Of a stretch of 64,000 bases of DNA, positions 42,896-55,546 are shown one piece after another (position 1 is the stretch's first letter; each line of letters starts with the position of its first letter). Origin of the DNA: the human T2T-CHM13v2.0 reference genome, Homo sapiens; NCBI RefSeq assembly GCF_009914755.1, contig NC_060929.1, one strand, 5' to 3'. The notes under the pieces are model-generated. The model made no database searches and was not told the origin of the DNA. It worked only from the letters and a program-made list of their open reading frames with translations. The translations under genes were made by a program, and so were the position numbers.

Positions 42896-43440
42896 CACAA
42901 AGTTTATTGCAGCACTATTCACAATAGCCAAGATATGAAACCAATCTAAGTACTCATCAATGGAAGAATGGATAAAGAAAATGTGGTGTATATATACACA
43001 ATAGAATACTATTCAGCCATAAAAACAACGAAGTCCTGTTATGTTCAACAACATGAATGGAACTAGAGGTAACTGTATTAAGTAGAATAAATGAGGTGGA
43101 GAAAGACAAATGTTACATGTTATCACTTCATATGTGAGAGATATAAAAGTTGATATCATTCAGGTAGAGAGTAGAATTATGGTTACCAGAGGCTGAGAGG
43201 GGTGGGGTGAAGAGTGGCTGGTTAATGGGTATAAACATACAGTCACATAGAAGAAGTAAGTCCTGGTATTTGATAGCACAGTAGATTGAATATAGTTAAT
43301 AATAATTTATTGTACATGTCAAAGTAGGTTGAAGAGATTTGAAATGTTCACAACACAAATGAATGATAAATATTTAAGGTAATGAATATCCTAATTATCT
43401 TGATTTAATCATTATGTATTGTATGCATGTATTAATTTAA
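42896..43440 (+). mobile_element. L1MA 3' end
   Basis: gtttattgcagcactattcacaatagccaag...gaatactattcagccataaaaa...ggttaccagaggctg. Confidence 0.88.
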
Positions 43441-43499
43441 AAAATAGTTAACAAACACAATAATATTCTCAATATATTCTCTCCTCAAAAAAGGATATG

Positions 43500-44570
43500 T
43501 GGAATGACAAATGTTTGATACATCGAAACCTGAAAATACTTTCATTTTATGCTAATACATGATTACTAGTTTAGATGACTGTAATATTTAGATGGAAAAT
43601 AATTTATCTTCAAAATAGTAAAGGCATTAATTCTTTATTGTTAATTACTTTTGGCTTTCTATTTTGTTGTTCAGAAATATAAGGTTATTTTTATTTATCT
43701 TTTTATGTGATCCATATTTTTTCTCTCTCTCTCTCTCTGTCTGTACTTTCCTCCTTCATTCTCTCAAATTGCAGGTTATTCTTTTTCTCTCCAGTGTGCT
43801 AAACTTTCTTTACTTCCTGCCCTAGAAAAAGTCTATATTCTTGCCCAGGTTTAGGGCCTCAGTGGACCCTGAATTAGGAAATGTTCTTTAGTCCTGACCT
43901 ATTTTCATGATCTCATTAAGGGTTTTCTACACTGTTTTCTTTTTGGAAACAATGTATAGGTTTATGCGTAATCTGTTCATAGGAATGGTGCATTAAGGAG
44001 GGGCCTCACTGACAGTCTCTTCAGTATTTCATTTTGGGCTGGTCAGTTTCTCTGGGAACTATTCCCGAAAGGTCTTTGTTTGATAGTAGAGGACAGGGTG
44101 AAAATAAAGATGGGCATTGGCTTTCAGTTTGCATGCATAATGAAGATTTCTGCTTTTGGCCTGTTACCTCTGCCTACAAAAGTGTCTGAATTCCCCTCAT
44201 TAATAAGTCCTATTCTTTATCATCTCCAGAGAACAAATTGGCATTCTTCTCTCTGTTTGAGGGACTGTTAGACATGTGGCTGAATGCAGTGGAGGAAGAA
44301 ACTCAGGATGCTGCTCATTCTTGAATAGGTTTTAAGTGACTATCCTAATTTTGTGACCCCTGGGTTATCACTACTTTCAGAGGTATCAGACGCTTTTAAT
44401 TCATGAATCTTGTAAGTATTCTGTATTATAAATATATACACTTATATACACTTGATTATTAATCTTCCCCACTGCCAATTTAGAATTTCCATTTTATAGC
44501 TTATTTCACTACTAATTTATTTACTTTTCATTGTTCAACATTTCATTATTTTTTAAACAATCATTCCTTG
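43500..44570 (-). mobile_element. Very old L1M/HAL1-type remnant
   Basis: T-rich diverged sequence with L1M-like motifs; extent uncertain. Confidence 0.35.
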
Positions 44571-44584
44571 AAGATAAGAAATTT

Positions 44585-45293
44585 GTCTTAAAGATCAACA
44601 TTTATTTTACTCTCAAAAGCAACTCTAGTTTTGTGATACGTTAAGATTATACAGTTTGTGGAGGAGGTCCATTTTAAAAAAGAATAGATTGGAAATGCCT
44701 CATAGAGTAACTCTGTGGTTTTATTTTACCCACAGGACTATGGTTAAATATGTGGGAAAGAACTACAAGACAGTTGTTAAAAGTATGAAAAAGACAGTTG
44801 CTAAATGTATGAAAGACCTTTTTTACCTTAAGTATTGGCATATTCCACACGTCTGTACTATTCTTGAGTGAGCTCGCTTAAGAATGAATATGACTTGAAC
44901 TCATTCATGTTTAGAGAGGATGTCAAATTGAGAACCAGGTGTATCTACCAACACTAAAAATGACCCTAAAGTAAATTGGTTGAAGAAATTAGATCTCAAA
45001 GATTCTTGGTGAATTTTTAAGTCTTCATCCGTATATCCATATTCAAAGGAGATGACAGAAGCCAAAATAAAAGAATTATGGGCTGACAGGACAACTGGAA
45101 TAAAATAAGTATCAGTTTCATTAAAAAGGGCTAACTTGAAGATAAATCTTTTGAAGATAAATTTTAACTCCAGCTCTTTAGAGGATCTAAAGTGACCTTA
45201 ATGGACAGTGGAAGAATCACAACATAGAATTCCTCGAATAAAAATTTATTGACTTTAAATAAAAATAAATAAATAAATAAATAAAATAGAAAT
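44585..45293 (+). pseudogene. Processed retrocopy of a non-coding RNA or 3' UTR
   Basis: AATAAA at 45237-45242, A-rich tail from ~45257, imperfect TSD aagataagaaattt (44571-44584) / aaaataggaaattt (45294-45307). No convincing ORF and no TE family that I recognise. Confidence 0.7.
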
Positions 45294-45869
45294 AAAATAG
45301 GAAATTTCACACAGAATCTTGAAAGCAGTTCATGCAATTTATATGCCCTAAAGTTTAAGATTAACTAGCTTCATGATAAATGTATTTCTGATTCTAGTGT
45401 CAATTGTTTGGGGAGGACGATGAATTAGATGCTTATTTTCAGCTTGCCCTCATTATTCAGAAGTCTGATTTGAATCACTTTGTAAGTGTGCTCACTCAAA
45501 AATATCATGTTTTGAAACCGTTCATTTTTTGTATTTTTTTTGGTTATTGGATATTAACATATAACTAGAATATAATTTTAATGGCCTTAGGCCTTTACAT
45601 AACACCTAAAATAAATTTAGCCTCATTTCCTCTATCATATATGCAAACTACTTTCAGCATGGTAAAACTTATTGTCTCACAGAATGCAAGTAAGTATCAA
45701 GCCCATACAATTACACAAATATACATAATATACGAGTGTATAAATGCCAAAGAGAAAAAAAAATATGAAAATGAGGAAAAGGAAAAACTTGCAGAGAAGG
45801 TATAATTTTAAAGGGATCCAATACATCTAAAAAATGTGGTATTTAACAATCAGTCAATTGGTTTCTAGA

Positions 45870-46130
45870 CATAAGCAATTCCATGAGAAACAATAGTAAG
45901 TGTAAAGGCCCTAAGGCAGGAGCTATTTGATGTATTCCAGAGACAATGAGGAAGTCAATGTAGATGAAGAGCAGTAGCAAAGGTGTCTCAAATGAGAGAA
46001 GGCAAGATCAGAGTTGTAAGAACAGGGGCGGAAGGGCAAATATGTGGCATCATCTATGTAGCATAAGTGTAGGCTATTCTATGGATTTTGGCTTTGAGAC
46101 ATACTGTTAACTATTTAAGGGTTTGTTCAT
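45870..46130 (-). mobile_element. L2 fragment
   Basis: aagtgtaaaggccctaaggcagga...gaggaagtcaatgtagatgaag. Confidence 0.65.
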
Positions 46131-46749
46131 AGATTAAACATTTAATTTGAGATATTTGTCATGAATAATTCCAAGATTTTTTGAAGAAATGTGTCCAAAG
46201 TCATGCAAAGGAAGACAGAATATGTGTGTATAGATGAGAAAATGAATTTAAAAAATTAGAAAAGAAAATTAAGTGACATATTTGGAATGATTAGTAAAAT
46301 GACTAGCACAGAAAGAAGCAAAACTACTATACTTGTGGCATAAATAAAAATGAACATAAACATAAATATGAATAAAATTGCTTAGCTCCATAAAAAAGTA
46401 ACAAATTTAAATAAGCACAAAATATGTCATTTTCAAATAAGACAAAATATTATATATCTCCACATAAAGTTATGTGGACTCATCTTGAAATCTTTTATCT
46501 TTTCATCTTTATTTGAAATTTAGAAATTCTAATTCTAATTCTTACATGTATTTCTTCTTTAGAAAAAGCTTACTGATTTCTGTAAGTTAATAGGAACCCT
46601 CTGTCTCTCTGTCTCTCTTTCTTTTTCTATAGACACATATAAAATACACACAAATATTTTACTTGTATATGCATGTACCAATAAATTATATGGTTTCATC
46701 TTAAAGTGTCAAAAAAGCTGCAGTGAATTTTAATAAAATTAGATGTTTA

Positions 46750-47060
46750 CTATTTATTTTATTTTATTTTAAATTGACAATAGTTGTATATATTTATGGG
46801 GCACAATGTATTGATTTGATACATGTAAGTATGGTGAAATAATCTAATCAGGCTAACTAACATGTACATCACTTCACATAGTTGTCATTTGTTTGTAGTC
46901 AGGGCATTAAAAACCCACTTTAATTATTTTGAAATACACTATAATATATTCAGTAACTATAAATATAATTTAGTATTATAGTATAGTTAACTATAATTTA
47001 ACTAAAATTATTAACTATAGTCACTATGCTGTGCAATACATAAACAGAACTTATTTCTCC
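46750..47060 (-). mobile_element. L1MA 3' end with poly(A) (T-rich on +)
   Basis: ttttaaattgacaatagttgtatatatttatggggcacaatgt...ttattaactatagtcactatgctgtgcaata...agaacttatttctcc. Confidence 0.88.
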
Positions 47061-47071
47061 ACAGGACAATA

Positions 47072-48181
47072 ATGCAAGTTTGTTGAACAATTTTTGCTGA
47101 AGCACCCCCCAAAACCAAAAACAAATATTTAACTACATGGATATTGGGAGTACCAACAAACTCATATAATGTAGAAGACCATAGAATAATTTGTACAAAT
47201 TGAAAGATGATACGGGAACTTGACAATGACATTGCCTTTAATGTTAAACATGATGCAGAATTCAAAAAAGATTATGGAAAGGTTGTATTAATTTCAGCAG
47301 AGATGGAAGGATTTGGACATATTGTTTGGTACTGTCATATGAGATACAAAATCAGAAGAGGGAAAATAATAAAGACCAATGAAATTTAGAACATTATACA
47401 CTTTTTGAATTTTAGGAAAAAAAATACTGCCAACATAAATCAGAAAAAGAGCATTAAAAAACCTATTTATATTATTATTTCACAATTACAAAATGGAGTA
47501 GGACTATCTGTGCATAAAAATATGTCAAGAAAGTGATTCAATCTATAAAAAGAAAACACGCTAACTTTATATAATTTGTCAGAAAAGTGGCATACTAAAG
47601 ACAATAGAATTGTATACTTTGAAAAAAGATATTCAAGAAAAAAGAAAGAAGACATTATTACTTTCAAGGAAACCGAAACAATTCCTGGAGGTATTATGGA
47701 TGAAACAAAGCTTCGTGTTGTGTTCTAGATTTAGAAACTGACAGAAGCACTTTGAATTTGACTCAGTTTTATAATATACTGCAGCTGAAAAACACTGAGT
47801 TGTCACAAATGTAAAAATTTATACTGAATTTTTATTGTATATAATAAAAAAGTTTGGTTGGGAGAAATAAAAAAAAAACTCAACAAGTTAAATATAAATT
47901 TAGCCAGATCTGAAATTATCAAAAAAGTTAAAATTTGTGCAACATTATTATTCATGTTTTTTGACTTCCCATAATTATCTTAAATATGTTAAGAAATGTT
48001 GAGATCTACACAAGATATACGTTAATATTTCATATTGGTAAAGACGGTATATGTCAAAAAATTATTTGATGTGGTCCAGACAATAGTACATTTCATAACA
48101 CAAGGCAACAAAATTTATACCACTCATGATAAAGGAAATGATATGGTGGTAGATAATTTTCTTGAATATTTTACTTCACCC
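47072..48181 (+). pseudogene. Decayed AT-rich reading frame of unknown origin (candidate endogenous non-retroviral viral element or orphan retrocopy)
   Basis: Manual translation: 218 codons (47072-47725) with only 5 stops. The same frame resumes at 47879 and is fully open over 48026-48181. Confidence 0.55.
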
Positions 48182-48448
48182 TAAATGTTTTAAAAATAGG
48201 ATTTTTGTTTAGTTCTCTGAAACATATTACATAGCTTTTATTTAATCGGCATAGAGAACAAATTTAAGACACAGTACCTAATTAGGTGAATTAATTTTAA
48301 TTCCACATGAATCCTTTAATTTCTTTTTTAATGAAAACTCTACCATAAAGAAAAACATAATTATTTAGTTATACTTTCCTCTAAAATTGGTCTATTATTA
48401 TTTGGTTTTCTTACAATGAAACCAGAAATATATATAATAAAATACATG

Positions 48449-48857
<409 letters not shown>

Positions 48858-49759
48858 TCAGGGGAAAAATGCTCCTTTATAAGATTGATCATAAGACCTA
48901 GCCTTGTGAAGCTATATTGAATATCAAATATAAAGAAATAGTAGCATTCAGGCAAAGAAAATAAAATTTTCCTCAAAGTCTTTTTTTAGTAGTTTTAGGT
49001 GTCAGAAAAGCAGATAAAAAAATTTCCTAAATCAAATAAACAATTACTAGAACCGAGTAAATTTAAACTTTACATAATACAAAGTTAATGTACAAAATTT
49101 AATTGAATTTTTATATCCTGGAAATAAATCAAATATGTAAACATCTGATAAGGGGATTTAAAATGACAGTAGTTTTGAGATTCAATAAACATTGCCCCAG
49201 AATATTATACCTGAGACAAAAGGTCAGTAGAGCCAATAGCCAAGATCTTACACCAAATTATATTAAAATGCATTTGCAACATACACCTATTATAGGTTAT
49301 ATATTTCTCTGTAACTAGAAAACCAAAATGTGTGTATGCTCAGGCTAAGTATAACATTGTTTTCTAAAGAACAGAGTTAGCTTTGCACAGTCATAAATTC
49401 ACTTCCTTCCCAGAGCATCAAAATATTAAAATAAGCAAGAATTATCAACTTGGCCTTAAAGATCTCTATTAGAATGTTTCTGAAATCAAAATCCTAGAAA
49501 ATCCAGCCACCAAATTATAGTAAGCTTCACAAAGTTTGGTATTATGGACACCCACACAAAATTGTGTCCTATTTTTCTTGCCCAATCCCCCCTAAGTTTG
49601 CTGGCCAGTGTCCCAGAATATCTTCTGTGCATATCTCAGATGCTGGTACAATTCTGGCTTCAGGTTGTAGCTATGGATGACCATAAGTTCCAAAAACCAA
49701 GAATAATAGCAGCTTGGAGATGAGTTTTAGCATCCAGACTCGGATGTCTCTTGGAGTAT

Positions 49760-50480
49760 ATGTCATTTAGGATGCTTTATATCATGTAACAAGAAATAAA
49801 AAATGACAAGAAGTGTTTTAAAATAAGGTAAATTTATTATTTCAATTAACAGGAAGATTTAAGAAGGGAGCAATTTTATGGCTACTTAACTAAAACTTCA
49901 TAAAGATCATCAAGAAATCATCAACATCCTCAAGGAAGGGTGATATGGTTTGGCAGTGTCCCCACCCAAATCTCATCTTGAATTGTAATCCCCATAATTT
50001 CCAAGTGTCTAGGGAGAGACCTGGTGGGAGGTGATTGGACCATGGAGCCATTTTCCCCTATCCTGTTCTTCTGATAGTGAGTGAGTTCTCATGAAATCTG
50101 ATGGTTTTATAAGGGGCTCTTCACCCTTCGCTCTTCACTCCTCTCTCCTGCCACCATGTTAAAAAGATCCTTGCTTTCCCATTGCCTTCCTCCATGATTA
50201 AAGTTTTCTGAGGCCTCCCCAGTTATGCAGAACTGTGAGTCAATTAAACCTCTTTCCTTTATAAATTACCCATCTCAGGTAGTATTTTTATAGCAGTGTG
50301 AGAATGGACTACTACAGATAGATTATATCAATTATTCTCCTCTGCCATTCTTCACAGGTTGGCTCTTAATAATTCATTCTTCATATGGGAAAATCTAAGG
50401 CCATAGGAGAAGAGAACATATTCTTTCCACATGTCTTTTTTTTAGAGAAAAGAAAACTTTTTTAAGTCTCTCACACCCCA
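49760..50480 (-). mobile_element. Old MLT1J/K-type LTR interrupted by THE1D
   Basis: tcatttaggatgcttt...gtaacaagaaa...; resumes tctgccattctt after 50316. Confidence 0.5.
49941..50316 (+). mobile_element. THE1D/MSTA-type solo LTR
   Basis: tgatatggtttggcagtgtccccacccaaatctcatcttgaattgtaatcccc...agaatggactactaca. Confidence 0.9.
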
Positions 50481-53400
50481 GCAGATTATTTCAACTGTTA
50501 ACAATACCTGTCAAAAATCTACAGAGATATGCAAAATGCCCGTGGGTTATCAATAAATTGAGAGCATAAGGAATATATGTATAATATGCTTTTAAATTAG
50601 GAAAATAGTAATTTTCCATCCATTGAGATATTTTTAAATACCAAAAGATTGAATGTACTCAAAACAATATTTTAGGCCTTTTGTTATATTGACAAGAGCA
50701 AAGAAATTCATTCTTTGCAGTTGACATTTCTAACTCCTGTTATGAATTCTTGTTTTATAATGGTATTTTAAAAGGATGTCAGTTTTAAGTTATCCTTTGT
50801 TGATTTAATTCAAACTGCTAGGCATTTCAATTTTGTATTTATTTTTCTCTTCTTTTTGTATAACACTTTATGGTGCTATAGATATGTTTGGTGCACCCAA
50901 AATGAAAAAAAAAGTTGGTGACTCACTTAGTATAGATATTCCATCTTTCAAAATTAGACTGCATATTAAAGCTTTTTAAATGAACTTATGTAATGCTGAA
51001 TTGCTCATTCAAATGTAGTATTCAATTTTATGAACCATATATGTTTGGCTAACATCTGGAAAACTGCTCCAGCCTAGCAGCCCTCAGTGTGAAATTTAAG
51101 TGGTTGGTACCATCTACCAATTCACAAGCTTCTTCTCTTAATATTTAAGTACTTCTAAAACTACAGATTTTTAACTGTATTATTTAAGAAGAATCAAGAA
51201 TCTTACTTAATATTAAGATTTAATATTAAGATTATCTCAAGCAATAATAAGAGACGATAATAGCAAATATTATAAGATATTACATGCTTACAAGGTAACC
51301 TATGTTGTTTTAAATGCTGTGGGTGTCATCTCAAATCATCTTCCCCAAATGTAAGTGCAATGGGTTTATATTTTTATGTTACATTTTGATTTTATTTTAT
51401 AAATTTTACTTATATAGATGGTATTACAGATTTCCCCAGAGTCATATAAGGTGTTTCTGCTCACTGGAAGGCTTTCCCTTCATCAATGTCCTTCAGGGAT
51501 ATCCCAGAAAGGGGCTGTAGTGCTTTAGCTGTACACTTTCAGGAGTGCCAGCATGTCACATAGGACCAAGTATAAACCAGGCTCAAGTCTCCTCTTCCTT
51601 TGTCAACTGGTCATAGGAAATTCCTAATGAAGCAATAGGTATGGGCTGGAAGAGAAAACAGTGCAAGAGAGGAAGGGGACATGGGTGAATTTTCTACTTG
51701 TACACGCATCCTATTTCTTCCTTCGGGGCCAGCTTGGGCCCTACCTCATGTATATCACTTTGATTTGATAATGCTGTGTTGCTGTGCATGCTCATATTTA
51801 TGGCTTGACTCACCAGACCACACCCTATTCATGATGAGCGACTCAGGCTTCCATCTCCACTGAGGCCCAGCAGCAAGCCAAAAACCGTTTCTCAAATGGA
51901 GAGCAGTTTTCTGCATAAGATGACAAGACTTTTTTCCCCAAATTCTAAGGTCCTTCATGGTGATTCAACTATTGTGGCCTACCAGAAGCTCTAAACAGTA
52001 TTAGTGTCTTCCACTAACATTTCAAGTATCACTGGATCTGCTGGATCTTACAACCCAAGTTTTAAAGCATTTTTAATGACAGCCTGAGCCTTTTGCAGAG
52101 CCGTCTCTTTGTCTAAGCCTCACTCAAAGTTTGCTTTTAGGGGTTATGCAATAAACAGAGCAGAGTAAAACATTCAAATGAGGAATATATTGTCTCTAGA
52201 GTTCAAAGGGAATTACTAGGCATTTTTTCCCTCGTGTGTGTGTGTGTGTGAGAGAGAGAGTGTATGTGTGTGTGTGTATGTGTGTTAGGAGGGACCAGAG
52301 GGAACAACCTATCATTTGCATTAAAAGGAATATCGCAACATTGTCCCCACTACTGAACCCCAACAAATTTTGGTGAGGTAAAATTCCCCTCAATTTTTGT
52401 AGGATTTATTTCTCACCTTCTGACATACAAGCTTCATACAAATATGTCTAGAGGTAGTTGCTATTTTCTGCTTACCAAGTCCAATCAGTATAATACCATC
52501 AATGAAAAGGATCCATATTAAGTCTTCTGGAAGGGAAAAATGATCAAGGTCTCTGCAGACTAAATTATTACAAAGGGCTGTAGAGTTTATATCCCCTTGG
52601 GGGGTTGGTCTCGCCACCTTAAAAAACAAACAAACAAGCAACAACAACAACCAAAAAAAAAAAAAAAAAACAAAAAACACAGCGTCTTGTGGTATTTACC
52701 AAGAGATAGAAAGAAAAGAAAAGCATTTGCAAGATGAATAGTTGTATGTCAGTAACTGGGGACATGTTGTCCAAACAACAAATTCTACATCTGGAACAGA
52801 AGCTACACTTAGAGTCACCTGAGTAAATTCACAATAATTCACTGTCATTCTCCAGGATCAATTTCTTTTCTGCACAGGCCAAATAGGCAAGTTAAATAGG
52901 TAAGTTGAAAATATTGTGGGAATAACCACCTCTGCATCTTTCAAGTCCTTAATGCACTAGTTTCTATAATCCATTCAGAATGTGGTGTTGCTTTTCACTT
53001 ACTGTTTTTTGTTTGTTTGTTTGTTTTAGGCAGAGATAATTCTGGGAGTTCCCACACAACATTTCCCACCATAGTAGCCCTCTGTACAAGTCTGGGAATG
53101 AAAGTGGTGCTTCTGCCAGTTGCTGAGTATGTTTATTTCAATTATGCATTCTGACACTGGGAAAATAATCATGTGATGGGTTTGGGGACATAATCTAAAA
53201 CTCCATTAATCACCTGACTTTCATAAACCTTTATTCTGAATACTGAACCATAGTAATGTCTCCAGGAATTAGTTATCAGCTGAGAACTAGTGTTCAGTAA
53301 TCAATAAAAAGTCTGATCATTTCCCTTTCCCCAATGCACAGTCACCCCACTCAAAGGCTGTGAGTTAGTTTGGAGAGGCTGGGAGAGATTACCACTCTAA

Positions 53401-53934
53401 ATTTGTTTTGAGGACTCAAATCAGTCTTTTGTTCACTAGACCTAGAATTCGGATTATGCAAACTAGTGAAGAATTCATTATAGTATCTGTCTATTTTCTA
53501 GGAACAGTAACATCAAACAACCATTGCTACAGGTCTCTTTATGGGTCAAACGATCCTGATTACTCTTTTGGTTCTGATGTCCATCATGGTAACAGCACCC
53601 ACTGCATCTTTGGTGATTAAGTGCCACCATTTGATGCTAACACCCTGCGATTCTATTATTCCCGTTACAACTGGGGATTTTAGCTCAGTGGGAACCCAGC
53701 AGTTCTCACTGTAACTTCCCACTTACAAAGGAGATTAGAAACAGAATGCTTCAAAAAATTTGGGAGCTTCTCTCATGAATTTAATACTGACTGCCTTGGT
53801 GAAAAGTGTCCTGGGGACTCCTCCAAAGAGAAGCAAGTCTTAATTGATATATCCGTTGTAACATTTCATTTCCCTAAGCCTTTGGTTACATTCTTTTACA
53901 GAATACAAAGACAATTTTAATTTTTTAACTTAGA

Positions 53935-54385
53935 GTTGACCATTTTCTTTGTGTTGCTAGAAAGGGATACCTGTGGCTGAGGCTGGGTAATTTATAAAGA
54001 AAATACACTTATTTGGCACAAAGTTCTGTGGGCTGTACAAGAAGCATAGTGTCAGCATCTGCTTTGGGTGAGGGTTTCTAGAAGCTCCCCCTCCTGGTGG
54101 AAGGTGGAGGAGTGGCGGCATCACAGGACCCTATGGTGATAAAAGAAGGAAAAGAGAGAGGAGGGAGGTGGCAAGCTATATTCAACAACCAGCTCTCGTG
54201 GGGGTGGGGACACTTGCATGAGTTAATAGAGCAAGAATTCACTCATTACCTTGAGGATGGCACCAAGCCATTCATGAGGAATTCGCTTCCATGACTTAAA
54301 TTCCTCATTTTAGGTCCCACCTCCAACATTGGGGATCAAATTTTAACATCAGATATGGAAGGGATTAAATATCTGAACAATATCA
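53935..54385 (-). mobile_element. MSTB MaLR solo LTR
   Basis: ggctgggtaatttataaagaaaa...ggctgtacaagaagcat...cccacctccaacattggggatcaaattt...caatatca. Confidence 0.85.
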
Positions 54386-54700
54386 CTCACCTTGTGCCCA
54401 TGTAACAGACAACAACCCAAATGGTTAGAGCCCTTCTAATTCTTCAACTTACAAAATTTATTAATATGGGGTCCATTATTGGGAACCCATATTAATAAAT
54501 TTAGGTTGAATCTACTTTAAATTCGGTCCACTTTAATCCCCCATTCTTAAAATCTATTTCTAGATATATTCTCCAGATTCTGTCTGTATAATTTGGCAAA
54601 ATCATGTAATCCTGTCAGTGTGTAGTATACCTTGTTCTTTGGAGACTGCCTAGACTTGAGTGTAGTTATAGGTCTCAAAGCAAAGAGGTATGATGGAGTG

Positions 54701-55068
54701 TGATATGGTTTGCCTCTGTGTCCACATCCAAATCTCATATTGAATTGGAATCCCCATGTGTCTAGGGAGGGAACCGGTGGGAGGTGACTGGATCATGGGG
54801 GTGGATTCCCCTCCCCTGCACCATCTTCTTATAGTGAGTGAATTCTCATGAGATCTGATGGTTTCTAAGTGTGACACTTTCCCCTTTGCTCTCTCTGTCC
54901 TGTCGCCATGTAAAACGTGGCTTGCTTTTCCTTTGTCTTCCACCATGATTATAAATTTCCTGAGGCCTCCCTAGCCATGCAGAACTGTGAGTCAATTAAA
55001 CCTCTTTTCTTTATAACTCACCCAGTCTCAGGTAGTTCTTTATAGCAGTTTGAAAACAGACTGATACA
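54701..55068 (+). mobile_element. THE1D/MSTA-type solo LTR
   Basis: tgatatggtttg...cagactgataca; TSD gagtg/gggtg. Confidence 0.9.
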
Positions 55069-55546
55069 GGGTGGGTGCTGAGGAGAATCAGCAGTGCCTT
55101 CTAAGGCAACTACCTCAGAAAAGGCCATTAGAGATTTATCAGGCAATCAAGGACTAACTTCCCCTGGCAAGGGTGGAGGGGTTGCATCTGTAGGCAAAAA
55201 AGACTTATCAGAATATGAAGGTGCAATAACCCAGGCTCATTAGGACCTGCCCCTATGTTTCAATTCCAATTTGTGATATCCTGTCCTTCTCAATCAATAC
55301 ACTCGCTTTAACAGAAGACACCCTGCCATGTTGAAAATAGAAATTATATTGTGATTCAGCCGCTAGAGAATTAGATTCTAGGTTTAGTTTTCAGAAATCT
55401 TAGCCCTCTGGTTATAGGATATGAGTTTCTGTCAGGGCCGAAATAGCTTCTATGTCATATATATGGGGGTTGAGCTAGGAATTTTAGTCCCTCAGCTCCT
55501 TGTTTTCTTTTTCAACTTTGTCCAGCTGAATTAGGAACAACCGTCA

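Larger units (their letters stand above)
40370..43459 (-). mobile_element. MLT2 (ERVL) LTR host split by three nested insertions
   Basis: Pieces at 40370-40430, 40935-41156, 42631-42895 and ~43441-43459 join into one MLT2 (aaggaattggttcatgcagttat; caaatgctaatatcatccagaa; cacagacatacccagaaa). Confidence 0.8.

Noticed and set aside
46983-46996. 14-bp palindrome tatagttaactata in an AT-rich insert within L1MA
   Set aside because: Short and low-complexity; a local templated copy of the adjacent ttaactatag.
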